Below, in pieces: positions 55,640-64,000 of a stretch of 64,000 nt of DNA. The translations under genes were made by a program, and so were the position numbers. Under the pieces are notes generated by a model. It was not told where the DNA came from. It searched no databases and was given only the letters and a program-made list of their open reading frames with translations. Source of the DNA: Armatimonadota bacterium. Its GTDB lineage: Bacteria > Armatimonadota > SYMT01. Every line of letters starts with the position of its first letter. Within the stretch, counting starts at the first letter, position 1. The stretch covers positions 64,001 through 128,000 of the forward strand of contig JBKBRF010000013.1 of the NCBI GenBank assembly GCA_046292385.1, given 5' to 3'.

Positions 55640-56857
55640 ATGACGCCAGAGGAGAACCGTACCTCTCGCGCCCCTCCCCGGATCACCCCGATGACCACCT
55701 ACCGCATCCCCCTGGAGCTCGACCTCGCCTCCATCCCGGCCCTCTCGACCGAGAGCCTGATCGACGTCGATCTCGCGCTGGTCGCAGCCCACGCCGGGTA
55801 CTCCGGCCGCCTCGCCCCGGAGGTGGTGTCGGTCACGCTGCCGGACGGCCGGCCGCTGCCCTGCCAGCCCCTGCCGGAAGGACGGCTGCTGCTCTCGCTC
55901 GGCGCGCTCACCGCGGCGGAGGGGCGCCTCCCGCTGAGCGTGCTGATCGGCGGCGCGCCGCGCCAGCCGGGAGGGGCGCCGCGGGTCGTCTTCAGCCAGG
56001 GAACCGACGACGTGGAGCTCTTGATCGACGGCCTCCTCATCGCGCGCTACCGCTACAACACCGCGGATCCGGACCTCCCGCGCCCCTACTTCCACCCGAT
56101 CCTCGGCCCCACCGGCGTGCCGATCACGCAGGACGGCGAGATCCCCGGCAAGCGGGAGGCGCACTTCCACCACACGGGGGTGGTGGTGGCGCACCAGAAC
56201 TTCACCGACGGCAACAACTGGCAGATCGGCCCCAACCACAGCCGGATGCGCCACCTCGGCTTTACCGTCATGCAGAGCGGCCCGCTCTTCGGCCGGTTCG
56301 TGCAGCGGCTGGAGTGGCCGAGCGTGCAGGGAGACCGCGTCGTCTTTACGGAGGTGCGCACGGTGACCGTCCCCGCCCGCGAGCCGGCGCGGCGGTGCCT
56401 CGACGTGGAGACCGTGATCACCTGCGGCGAGCGCCCGGCCGTCTGGAACGCGACGCCGTACCACCTCCTCGCGCTCCGCGTGCCGGACGCGATGACGGTG
56501 GCGAGCGGCGGGGTGATCACCAACTCGGAGGGGAAGAAGAATTCGGAGACGGCCGGCGCGCGCGCGAAGTGGCTCGACTTCAGCGGGAACCTGAACGGCG
56601 CCTGCGGCGCGGCGATCTTCGACCACCCGGAGAACCTGCGGCACCCTATCCCGTGGCTCAACTTTGAGAACGAGACGGTCGGCGCCGCTCCCACCTACCA
56701 CGAGCCGTACGCCTGGCAGCCGGAAGAGAGCCGCCGGTTCCGCTACCGCGTCTACTTCCATGCGGGTGACGTGCAGAGCGGGCGGGTCGCGGAGGAGTAC
56801 GCCGCCTGGACCGCCGCCCCGAGCGTGCGGGTCGGGCCGCCCGCCCGGATCGCCTGA
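55640..56857 (+). CDS. DUF6807/PF14100 ('PmoA-like') galactose-mutarotase-fold family protein
   Basis: 'RPYFHPILGPTG..IT', 'HFHHTG', 'LALRV', 'NSEG..GARAKWLDFSG', 'IFDHPEN', 'FRYRVYFHAG'. An alternative start lies at 55691. Confidence 0.75.
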   Translation: MTPEENRTSRAPPRITPMTTYRIPLELDLASIPALSTESLIDVDLALVAAHAGYSGRLAPEVVSVTLPDGRPLPCQPLPEGRLLLSLGALTAAEGRLPLSVLIGGAPRQPGGAPRVVFSQGTDDVELLIDGLLIARYRYNTADPDLPRPYFHPILGPTGVPITQDGEIPGKREAHFHHTGVVVAHQNFTDGNNWQIGPNHSRMRHLGFTVMQSGPLFGRFVQRLEWPSVQGDRVVFTEVRTVTVPAREPARRCLDVETVITCGERPAVWNATPYHLLALRVPDAMTVASGGVITNSEGKKNSETAGARAKWLDFSGNLNGACGAAIFDHPENLRHPIPWLNFENETVGAAPTYHEPYAWQPEESRRFRYRVYFHAGDVQSGRVAEEYAAWTAAPSVRVGPPARIA

Positions 56858-56877
56858 CCACCGCGGAGCAGTACCGA

Positions 56878-57099
56878 ATGAGCCATCCCAGTGAAGAGCC
56901 CCTGCCAGAGCCCCGGGAAGAGCCGGAAGAGGAGCCGTGGGTCGACCCGGTCGTGGAGTACTACAAGCAGGGAGTCGACCGCACCCTGCTGCGAGAGAAC
57001 CTGAAGCTGACGCCCACCGAGCGCCTCCAGAAGCTGCAGGCACTGCAAGAGTGGGCGGAAGAGCTGCGCCGCGCCGGCCGGAGGCTTCGCGGTGAATAG
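56878..57099 (+). CDS. Small partner protein of the downstream nucleotidyltransferase (antitoxin-like)
   Basis: 'GVDRTLLRENLKLTPTERLQ'; overlaps the next gene by 8 nt. Confidence 0.7.
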   Translation: MSHPSEEPLPEPREEPEEEPWVDPVVEYYKQGVDRTLLRENLKLTPTERLQKLQALQEWAEELRRAGRRLRGE

Positions 57100-57562
57100 C
57101 TTCGAGTCACTCCTGCGGGTGCTGGTGGACGGTGGTGTGGAGTTCATCCTGGTCGGCGGGGTCGCTGCCACGGTCCACGGGGCGGTACGCCTCACGGAGG
57201 ACCTCGACATCGTCTACCGGCGCACCCCCGAGAACCTGGAGCGCCTGGCTGCAGCGGTGGGTGGTCTGCACCCCTACCTGCGCGGAATGCCCCCCGGTCT
57301 TCCGTTCACGCTGGACGTCCGCACTCTCCGTCACGGCCTCAACTTCACCTTGACGACGGACCTCGGCGCCCTGGACTTGCTGGGAGAGATCACCGGCGGA
57401 GGCGGCTACGAGTCACTCTTCCCGACCACGCACGAGATCACGCTCTACGGCCTGCCATGCCGCGTCCTGAGTCTGCCGCGCTTGATCGAAGTGAAGCGCG
57501 CCGCGGGACGCCCGAAGGATCTCGAAGCCCTGGCAGAGTTGGAAGCGCTGGAGGACGAGTAA
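57092..57562 (+). CDS. Minimal nucleotidyltransferase-fold protein (AbiEii/DUF6036-like)
   Basis: 'FILVGGVAATVHG..RLTEDLDI', 'LDLL', 'LIEVKRAAGRPKDLEAL'. Confidence 0.85.
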   Translation: MNSFESLLRVLVDGGVEFILVGGVAATVHGAVRLTEDLDIVYRRTPENLERLAAAVGGLHPYLRGMPPGLPFTLDVRTLRHGLNFTLTTDLGALDLLGEITGGGGYESLFPTTHEITLYGLPCRVLSLPRLIEVKRAAGRPKDLEALAELEALEDE

Positions 57563-57661
57563 TGCCGCTGCTGCCTCCCGCGTAACCTGCGGGAGATCGG
57601 ACGCATCGTAACGACAGCCTGAAGGGCCGTGCTTTCGGTCCCGTCACCGCTGGAGTTTCCG

Positions 57662-59443
57662 ATGCGCGCCTGCTCTCCGCTCTTGCTGCTTCCTCTTCTC
57701 GCCGCCGTGCCGCTCTCCGCGGCGCAGCCGCCGGCCGCTCCCGCGCCTCCGCTCGGCGCCATGGCGCGGCTGCCGGTGAAGGAAGTGACCGTCTTCAAGG
57801 ACGGCCACGCGTTCGTCCTGCACGAGGGCGCGATGCCGACCAACGCGCAGGGCGACGTGGTGATGGACTACCTTCCGACGCCGGTGGTTGGCACCTTCTG
57901 GCCGTACGCCAGCGACCCGAACGCCCGCCTGACCGCCGTCACCGCCAGCCAGCGGCGGGTGCGGGTGGAGCGGACCGCCCTGAACCTGCGGGAGCTGCTG
58001 GAGGCGAACGTCGGCAAGCAGGTGACGGTCCAGGAGCTGCCGGTGACGGCGGACGCGCCCGGGCCGAAGTATCAGGCGACGATCCTCGGCTTCCCGCAGC
58101 GCGACTCCGCGGAGCTGGAGGCGACCAGCCCCGCCAACTCGCCGGAGATGCTGCCGCAGAAGGGGGAGCTGATCTTGCTGCGGACCGGGAGCGGCGTGAA
58201 AGCGCTGCCGATCGCCCGGATCCAGGACGTCACTTTCAAGGACGCTCCGGAGCGCAAGGCGGCGAATGAAGAGCTCCGAAACCTGCTCACCCTCGACCTG
58301 AACTGGACCGGCGAGCGCCGGCCGCAGGCGCAGGTCGGCATGGTCTACCTGCAGAAAGGGCTGCGCTGGATCCCGAGCTACAAGATCGACCTCGACGGCC
58401 GGGGCGGCGCGGTGGTCCGCCTTCAGGGCACGCTGATCAACGAGCTGACCGACCTGACCGGCGCCACCGCCAACCTGGTGGTCGGCGTCCCTACCTTCGC
58501 CTTCGAGGGGGTGCTCGATCCGATCGCGCTGGAGAACACCGTCGCCCGTCTCTCGGAGCACTTCGAGAGCAACTCCCGCACCGCCGGCGCCTTCTCCAAC
58601 TCGATCATGACGCAGGTGATGGAGACGCGCGGCCGCGCCGGCGGCCCCGCCCCCGCGCCGGAGCCGGCCGACCTGGGGCCGGAAGTTGCCGGCACGGAGC
58701 GCGCGGAAGACCTCTACGTCTTCACCGTCCGCAACGTGACGCTCCGCAGGGGACAGCGGATGGTGCTGCCGGTCGCGGAGACGAAGATCACTTACAAAGA
58801 CGTCTACACGCTCGACCTCCCGTTCGCTCCGCCGCCGGAGATCCGGCAACTGAACGCCGGCAGCGAACGCGAGGCGGCGCTCGAGGCGCTGCTGCGGCGT
58901 CCGAAGGCGATGCACGTGCTGCGGCTGCAGAACCCCGGCCCGCACCCGCTTACCACCGCGCCCGCGCTCATCACCCGGGACAACCGCCTGCTGGCACAGG
59001 GGCTGATGACCCACACGCCGAAGGGCGCCTCCACTGACCTGCCGGTCACCGCCGCGGTCGATATTCGCATCCGGAAGAACGACGTCGAGACGAAGCGCAC
59101 GCCCAACGCCGCCCGCGCGCAGGGGACCGACCTGCAGAAGGTGGAGCTGACCGGCACCATCCACCTGCACAACCTGCGCGGGGAGCCGGTGGAGCTGGAA
59201 GTGACCCGGTACGTCCTGGGGAACGTGGACCAGGTCTCCGACGACGGCAAGGCGGAAAAGATCAACCTCTTCGAGGACGGCAGCTTCCTCCCCGCCGGCC
59301 GCTACCCGGACTGGTGGGGCTGGTACCGCTGGCCAAGCTGGTGGCACAGCTTCAACGGCATCGGCCGCATCCAGTGGACCGTCCGCCTCGCCCCCGACGC
59401 GGAGGAGGAGCTGGAGTACCGCTGGCACTACTTCGCGCCGTAG
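57662..59443 (+). CDS. Secreted DUF4139/DUF4140-like protein
   Basis: Signal peptide, 'VKEVTVFKDGHAFV', 'ELLEANVGKQV', 'YLQKGLRWIPSYKIDL', 'LVVGVP', 'LEYRW'. Confidence 0.75.
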   Translation: MRACSPLLLLPLLAAVPLSAAQPPAAPAPPLGAMARLPVKEVTVFKDGHAFVLHEGAMPTNAQGDVVMDYLPTPVVGTFWPYASDPNARLTAVTASQRRVRVERTALNLRELLEANVGKQVTVQELPVTADAPGPKYQATILGFPQRDSAELEATSPANSPEMLPQKGELILLRTGSGVKALPIARIQDVTFKDAPERKAANEELRNLLTLDLNWTGERRPQAQVGMVYLQKGLRWIPSYKIDLDGRGGAVVRLQGTLINELTDLTGATANLVVGVPTFAFEGVLDPIALENTVARLSEHFESNSRTAGAFSNSIMTQVMETRGRAGGPAPAPEPADLGPEVAGTERAEDLYVFTVRNVTLRRGQRMVLPVAETKITYKDVYTLDLPFAPPPEIRQLNAGSEREAALEALLRRPKAMHVLRLQNPGPHPLTTAPALITRDNRLLAQGLMTHTPKGASTDLPVTAAVDIRIRKNDVETKRTPNAARAQGTDLQKVELTGTIHLHNLRGEPVELEVTRYVLGNVDQVSDDGKAEKINLFEDGSFLPAGRYPDWWGWYRWPSWWHSFNGIGRIQWTVRLAPDAEEELEYRWHYFAP

Positions 59444-59472
59444 AGCGCTGGGAACCTGTTTCCGAACCGTGT

Positions 59473-59816
59473 TTCACCACAGAGCGCACAGAGGGCACAG
59501 AGGCGGCACGGAGAGGGAACAGAGAGCTTGGGCTTGGCCCGCTTCCCGAGTGATTCAGCGGCCCCGGTCCGAACCTGATTCACCGTAGAGGCCGCTGAGG
59601 ACGCAGAGGGAACGCAGAGGGAACGCAGAGGGGAACCAGAGTTTTGGGCCTGTTTCGCTTCACGAACGCCGTACTGCGGCCCCGCAGTTTCTCGCTCTGG
59701 TTCCCCCCTCTGCGTCCTTTGCGCTCTCCGCGGTGAATTCCCGTTCTGGTTCCTCTCTGTGTCCTCTGTGCGCTCCGTGGTGAACAGGTCCGGAGGGCCT
59801 GCGTCTCTGCGGTGAA
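59473..59816. repeat. Nested palindromic TTCACC(A/G)CAGAG-family element, copy B
   Basis: TTCACCACAGAG and TTCACCGTAGAG left arms, (GAACGCAGAGG) units, a unique core, then three right arms ending (C/T)GGTGAA. Confidence 0.88.
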
Positions 59817-59920
59817 TCCCGGTTCGTCTCACTTCCGGAAGGGCTCTCCGACCCTGTCGCGGAAAGCTCCTCGTGGCAGGCCGGCTTCTTCCGGCTGCCG
59901 GGAGACTCGTGAGACCCGCC

Positions 59921-62287
59921 ATGCGCCGCCCTCTCTTCGTCCTTTCCACCCTGCTGCTCGGAGCCGCGCTCGCCCTTCACGCGCAGGCGCAGCCGTCCGG
60001 CTTTACCGTCTCGGAGAGCGCGGACGAGATCCGGATCGCGTCTCAGGAGCTCGAGGCGGTGGTGAAGAAGCGCGGCTACGTGAGCGGGGTGGCGGGCGGG
60101 TCGTTCGTCGATCGCAAGACCGGCGCTCGCGACGCCGGGTTCGGGCTCGACATCGTCGACTGGATCATGGAGCCGGGCAGCGACGCCGCCTACCGGGACC
60201 AGCTCCAGGGCGACCTGGCGTACGACTTCAACAACGCCTATCACGGCAAGATTCCGAAGCGCAGCATCGAGGGGCCGCAGATCTGCACGCAGGCGAAGGA
60301 GGTCCGGCCGGAGGTGATCCGCGGGCGCGACTTCGTGGCGGTGAAGACGAGCCACCGCTACACGCTGGCGGCGCCGGGGAAGAAGCCGGGCTCGCTCTGG
60401 GAGCAGACCCTCGTCTTTCCAAAGGGGAAGCGGTACTTCCTCTCCAGCGACCGGATCACCACGGCGAACCCGGGCCAGGACATGTTCCTGCGCCTCGACA
60501 TGCCGGGCCACATCAAGCACCAGGACGGCGACACCTTCAGCGAGGTCTACCTGAGCTACGCGGGCCGCATCCCCGCGAGCGAGTTCAAGAAGGACTTCGC
60601 GCCGGACGAGAAGCTGCTCTACCGACGGGGTCCGGGCCTGGTGCCGCAGCGGTTCATCCGCGCCTACCACCTGCGCGACCCGAAAACCGGGAAGGACGGC
60701 CCCTGGCTGGCGGGGATGACGCTCGATCCCTCGGTGGTCCACGAGGCGTGGTGCCACCAGCGCGGCTATGTCTGCATGATCCAGGAGTTCGGTCTCCCGA
60801 TGGGCCACCCGCCGCTGAAAGCGGGCGACACCTTCAGCGCGGCGTTCCTGGTCGGCTACTTCGACTCGATCGACGAGATGCACCGCGTCTACGACCAGTA
60901 CGCCGGCCACTCTGACCTGCGCGCCAACGCCCGCGGCTGGAAGCTGGTGAAGGGCTGGCAGCCGGAGCGCCCGACCCTGGAACAGCGGCTCTCGGACCGT
61001 CTGGAGTGGTTCCAGGACCAGAAGCTCGGCTTCTTCGTCCACTGGGGCGCCTACAGCCAGTGGGGCTGCATCGAGTCCTGGCCGCTGGTGGAGGTCGACA
61101 AGTGGGCGCGGCCGGACGACCTCCCCGCGTGGGTAGAGCGCGGGAAGGACATGGAGCGGTTCAAGCGCGACTACTGGGCGCTGCCCCGGACCTTCAACCC
61201 GACCCGCTTCGATCCGCAGAAGTGGGCCGACGCCGCAAAGGGCGCGGGGATGAAGTACTTCGTCTTCACCACCAAGCACCACGACGGCTTCAGCATGTGG
61301 GACACGCGACAGACCGACTACCGCATCACCGGCCCGGAGACGCCGTTCCGCACCCACCCCCGCGCCGACGTGGTGCGCCACCTCTTCGATACCTTCCGGA
61401 AAGAAGGGTTCGGGATCGGCGCCTACTTCTCCAAGGCGGACTGGCACCACCCGGATTACTGGAGCCCGCACGCGCCGGCCCCCACCCGGCACCCGAACTA
61501 CGACACCCACGCGCGGCCGGACAAGTGGAGCCGCTTCACGCGCTTCGTCCACAACCAGATCGAAGAGCTGATGAGCGGCTATGGGCCGATCGACATCCTC
61601 TGGCTCGACGCGGGGCAGGTGCGCCCGCCGGACCAGGATATCCGGATGGACGACCTGGTCCGCATGGCCCGCGGCTACCAGCCGAACCTGATCGTGGTAG
61701 ACCGCACCGTCGGCGGCCCGCACGAGAACTACCACACGCCGGAGCAGACCGTCCCGGACCGGCCGCTGCCGTACGTGTGGGAGAGCTGCATCACGATGGG
61801 CGACCAGTGGTCGTACAAGCCGGACGATAGGTACAAGTCGCCCCGCGAGCTGGTGCACCTGCTGGTCGACGTGGTGGCGAAAGGCGGCAACCTGCTGCTG
61901 AACGTCGGCCCCCAGCCGGACGGCGAGCTGCCGCCGCCCGCGTTGGAGCGGATGCGGGCCATGGGCGACTGGCTGCGGGTCAACGGCAAGGCGATCTACG
62001 GCACCCGGCCGGTGGCGCCGTATAAGGAAGGCCGCGTCGCGTTCACCCGCAAGGGCGACCGCGTCTACGGCATCTACCTCGCCGCGGAAGGAGAGACGGC
62101 GCCGCCCGCGGAGATCACCCTGCGCGCGCTGCGCCCCCGCCCCGGCAGCCCGATCCGCATGCTCGGCGGCGGGACGCTGGAGTGGACCCCCACCCCGGAA
62201 GGCGCCACGATCCGCATCCCGGAGCGCCTCCGCCGCCAGCCGCCCTGCGAGCACGCCTTCGCGTTCGAGCTCACCCCGGAAGGCTGA
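59921..62287 (+). CDS. GH29 alpha-L-fucosidase fused to an N-terminal uncharacterised domain of about 330 aa
   Basis: GH29 motifs 'WFQDQKLGFFVHWG', 'FNPTRFDP', 'AGMKY..TTKHHDGFSMW', nucleophile region 'ILWLD', 'WESC', 'GGNLLLNVGP', 'IYGTRP'. Confidence 0.92.
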   Translation: MRRPLFVLSTLLLGAALALHAQAQPSGFTVSESADEIRIASQELEAVVKKRGYVSGVAGGSFVDRKTGARDAGFGLDIVDWIMEPGSDAAYRDQLQGDLAYDFNNAYHGKIPKRSIEGPQICTQAKEVRPEVIRGRDFVAVKTSHRYTLAAPGKKPGSLWEQTLVFPKGKRYFLSSDRITTANPGQDMFLRLDMPGHIKHQDGDTFSEVYLSYAGRIPASEFKKDFAPDEKLLYRRGPGLVPQRFIRAYHLRDPKTGKDGPWLAGMTLDPSVVHEAWCHQRGYVCMIQEFGLPMGHPPLKAGDTFSAAFLVGYFDSIDEMHRVYDQYAGHSDLRANARGWKLVKGWQPERPTLEQRLSDRLEWFQDQKLGFFVHWGAYSQWGCIESWPLVEVDKWARPDDLPAWVERGKDMERFKRDYWALPRTFNPTRFDPQKWADAAKGAGMKYFVFTTKHHDGFSMWDTRQTDYRITGPETPFRTHPRADVVRHLFDTFRKEGFGIGAYFSKADWHHPDYWSPHAPAPTRHPNYDTHARPDKWSRFTRFVHNQIEELMSGYGPIDILWLDAGQVRPPDQDIRMDDLVRMARGYQPNLIVVDRTVGGPHENYHTPEQTVPDRPLPYVWESCITMGDQWSYKPDDRYKSPRELVHLLVDVVAKGGNLLLNVGPQPDGELPPPALERMRAMGDWLRVNGKAIYGTRPVAPYKEGRVAFTRKGDRVYGIYLAAEGETAPPAEITLRALRPRPGSPIRMLGGGTLEWTPTPEGATIRIPERLRRQPPCEHAFAFELTPEG

Positions 62288-62300
62288 CGGACCGGGGAAA

Positions 62301-62537
62301 TTCACCACAGAGCGAACAGAGGACACCGAGATTTCGAACCGGATTCACCGCAGAGGACGCGGAGAGCGCAGAGGGAACGCAGAGGGGGGACCAGAGTTTG
62401 GGCCTGCAGCGCCTCTCGAGTTCCGTACTGCGGCCCCGAAGTTTCCCCTTCCGGTTTCCCTCTCTGCGTCCTCTGCGCTCTCTGCGGTGAATTCCTGTTC
62501 CGGTTCCTCTCTGTGCCCTCTGTGCGCTCTGTGGTGA
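62301..62537. repeat. Nested palindromic TTCACC(A/G)CAGAG-family element, copy C (homologous to copy B, same orientation)
   Basis: Shares the core ACCAGAGTTT(T)GGGCCTG...CCGTACTGCGGCCCCG.AGTTTC and the right arms GCGGTGAATTCC.GTTC.GGTTCCTCTCTGTG.CCTCTGTGCGCTC.GTGGTGA with copy B. Confidence 0.88.
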
Positions 62538-62556
62538 GCTACGGTTCGGGAAGCCC

Positions 62557-62763
62557 CTACGGCGCGCCTTTGTGGATGAGGTAGGACGAGACGAAGAGGA
62601 TCGCCATACAGCCGAGCGCCAGGTAGGCGGCCAGCGCGGCGAAGAGGACCACGGTCAGGGGCCCGTCCGGAAGGTAGAGCCCGCCGGGTCTCGGCTCCTC
62701 GGCTTTCTCAGTAACCCGCTTCTCGATCGTAAGCGCGGGGCGCGCTGCCATCTGTGCCATCAT
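62557..62763 (-). CDS. Small membrane protein
   Basis: AGGAG upstream; C-terminal hydrophobic segment 'LTVVLFAALAAYLALGCMAILFVSSYLI'. Confidence 0.5.
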   Translation of the reverse strand: MMAQMAARPALTIEKRVTEKAEEPRPGGLYLPDGPLTVVLFAALAAYLALGCMAILFVSSYLIHKGAP

Positions 62764-63002
62764 CCTGCTCCTGCCGCCAATTGTTTCCACTACTGCCCGC
62801 GGGACTTCTGGGCGGCCTCTCCGCGTGCATCCTCAGGGTGCCCGGCTCGCACCACCATGCCTCGGCCATGCGGTGTGTTTTTTGTGGGGTGCCGGCAGCC
62901 AGCACTGCTGCTCGATAACCGCGGGTTTCATCCCGCGAGGAGCGGGTAACTCCCCGTCGTGCCGGTCCCCAGGCGATTCCCGACCGGCAGGAAGAGGAGA
63001 CG

Positions 63003-64000
63003 ATGCGACGCTACCTCGGAATCGCCGGCGTGGTGCTGGCCCTGGTCCTTCTGGCGGCGCTGGCGGGATGGCGCTGGCTGGGTGGCCCGACACCCACGGT
63101 CTTCGCAGAGGCGCCGTGGAGCCGGCCGGTCGAGCGGGACCTCCCCCAGATCCGAGAGGGAAAGGTCCTGCGGGTCCTCGCCCCCTACAACTCCACCAGC
63201 TACTTCATCTACCGCGGCGAGCCGATGGGCTTCGAGTACGAGCTGCTGCGGAAGTTCGCTAAGGACCACGACCTGGAGCTGCGGATGGTGGTGGTGCCGG
63301 ACGGCGAGGGGCTGGCGCGGCGCCTCCGGCGCGGAGACGGCGACGTGATCGCGGCGCGCCTGAACCCCATTCCCGGAGAGGAAGCCGAGCGGCAGGGAAT
63401 CGCCTTCACCCACGCGCTTTACCGCACGGCGCCCACGGTGGTGCAGCAGGAGCCGGTGCCGCTGGGGACGGTGCTGCCGGAGCCGGTGGAGCGCACGCTG
63501 GAGCAGGGCCCGGGCGCCGAGATGCTGGACCGGACGCGGCTCGACGCGCGCCTCATCACCCGGCCGGCACAGCTTGCCGGCAAGCAGGTTCACCTGCCGC
63601 GCGGGCATCCGTACCAGAAGACGCTGATCGAGATCGAGGATGAGATCTCCGGCGACATCCACGTGGTGGAAGTGCGAGGGGACTCCGGGATCGAGGGGTT
63701 GATCGACCGGGTGGCGAAGGGCGAGATCTCGCTGACGGTCGCGCCGAAGAACGTGGCGCTGCTCAAGGAGTCGGTCTACTCCAATATCGAGGTGCTGCCG
63801 ACCCTCTCTCAACCACAGAAGGTATCCTGGGCGGTCCGCGCCAACGCGCCGGAGCTGCGAGAGGCGCTGAACGCCTGGATCGACGAGCAGCGCCAGGGAG
63901 AGCTGCTCGGTCAGCTCTACCGGAAGTACTTCGTCGACCGCCGCGGCTACAAGGAGCGCGTGGAGAGCGAGTACCTGACCTCCAGCACCGGCCGCCTCTC
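63003..64000 (+). CDS. MltF-like substrate-binding domain / lytic transglycosylase protein, truncated by the window end
   Basis: Read by hand: GAGGAG then the ATG at 63003, a TM helix, 'RDLPQIREGKVLRVLAPYNSTSYFIYRGEPMGFEYELL..GDVIAA..WAVR..LYRKYF'. An SLT domain, if present, lies beyond the window. Confidence 0.85.
   Translation, partial: MRRYLGIAGVVLALVLLAALAGWRWLGGPTPTVFAEAPWSRPVERDLPQIREGKVLRVLAPYNSTSYFIYRGEPMGFEYELLRKFAKDHDLELRMVVVPDGEGLARRLRRGDGDVIAARLNPIPGEEAERQGIAFTHALYRTAPTVVQQEPVPLGTVLPEPVERTLEQGPGAEMLDRTRLDARLITRPAQLAGKQVHLPRGHPYQKTLIEIEDEISGDIHVVEVRGDSGIEGLIDRVAKGEISLTVAPKNVALLKESVYSNIEVLPTLSQPQKVSWAVRANAPELREALNAWIDEQRQGELLGQLYRKYFVDRRGYKERVESEYLTSSTGRL

Noticed and set aside
55640..56857. 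Particulate methane monooxygenase subunit
   Set aside because: The family label 'PmoA' (PF14100) is a misnomer here. The protein is soluble and beta-rich, and pmoB/pmoC are absent.
59473..59816. CRISPR array
   Set aside because: The repeats are degenerate, 9-11 nt in period and inverted. There are no constant 25-45 nt direct repeats with unique spacers and no cas genes.

Overview
64 kb of very GC-rich (roughly 70% by eye) bacterial chromosome. It is probably Armatimonadota-like; this is an inference from an 'ILFPVFSQAREAAR' pilin-type motif and the gene repertoire. I can support about 47 CDS, a mix of housekeeping and accessory genes. They include gpsA, a polyprenyl synthase, CDF and CorA transporters, comEC, a short sigma-70, ggt, two GT4 glycosyltransferases, a PIG-L deacetylase, alpha-2-macroglobulin, a DUF1592/DUF1552 pair, an orphan UpxY/RfaH-like NusG paralogue, S8/M14/M48/M56 peptidases, BlaI, an AAA ATPase + DUF2201/vWA pair, a nucleotidyltransferase with a small partner gene, a GH29 fucosidase fusion and an MltF-like gene. 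I saw no rRNA, tRNA, CRISPR array, integrase or transposase. Four things stand out. (1) A hidden selenoprotein that the ORF track splits in two: a membrane-anchored thioredoxin-fold protein with an in-frame UGA in a UxxC motif, followed directly by a SECIS-like hairpin (20981-21490, minus). (2) An intergenic palindrome built from heptamer repeats whose two tips are the ATG start codons of two divergent genes that lack Shine-Dalgarno sites (24216-24344). (3) Two homologous nested-palindrome elements in direct orientation bracketing the GH29 gene. (4) An unusually diverse set of short intergenic palindromic and tandem repeat families. All family assignments come from recognising motifs by eye, not from database searches.
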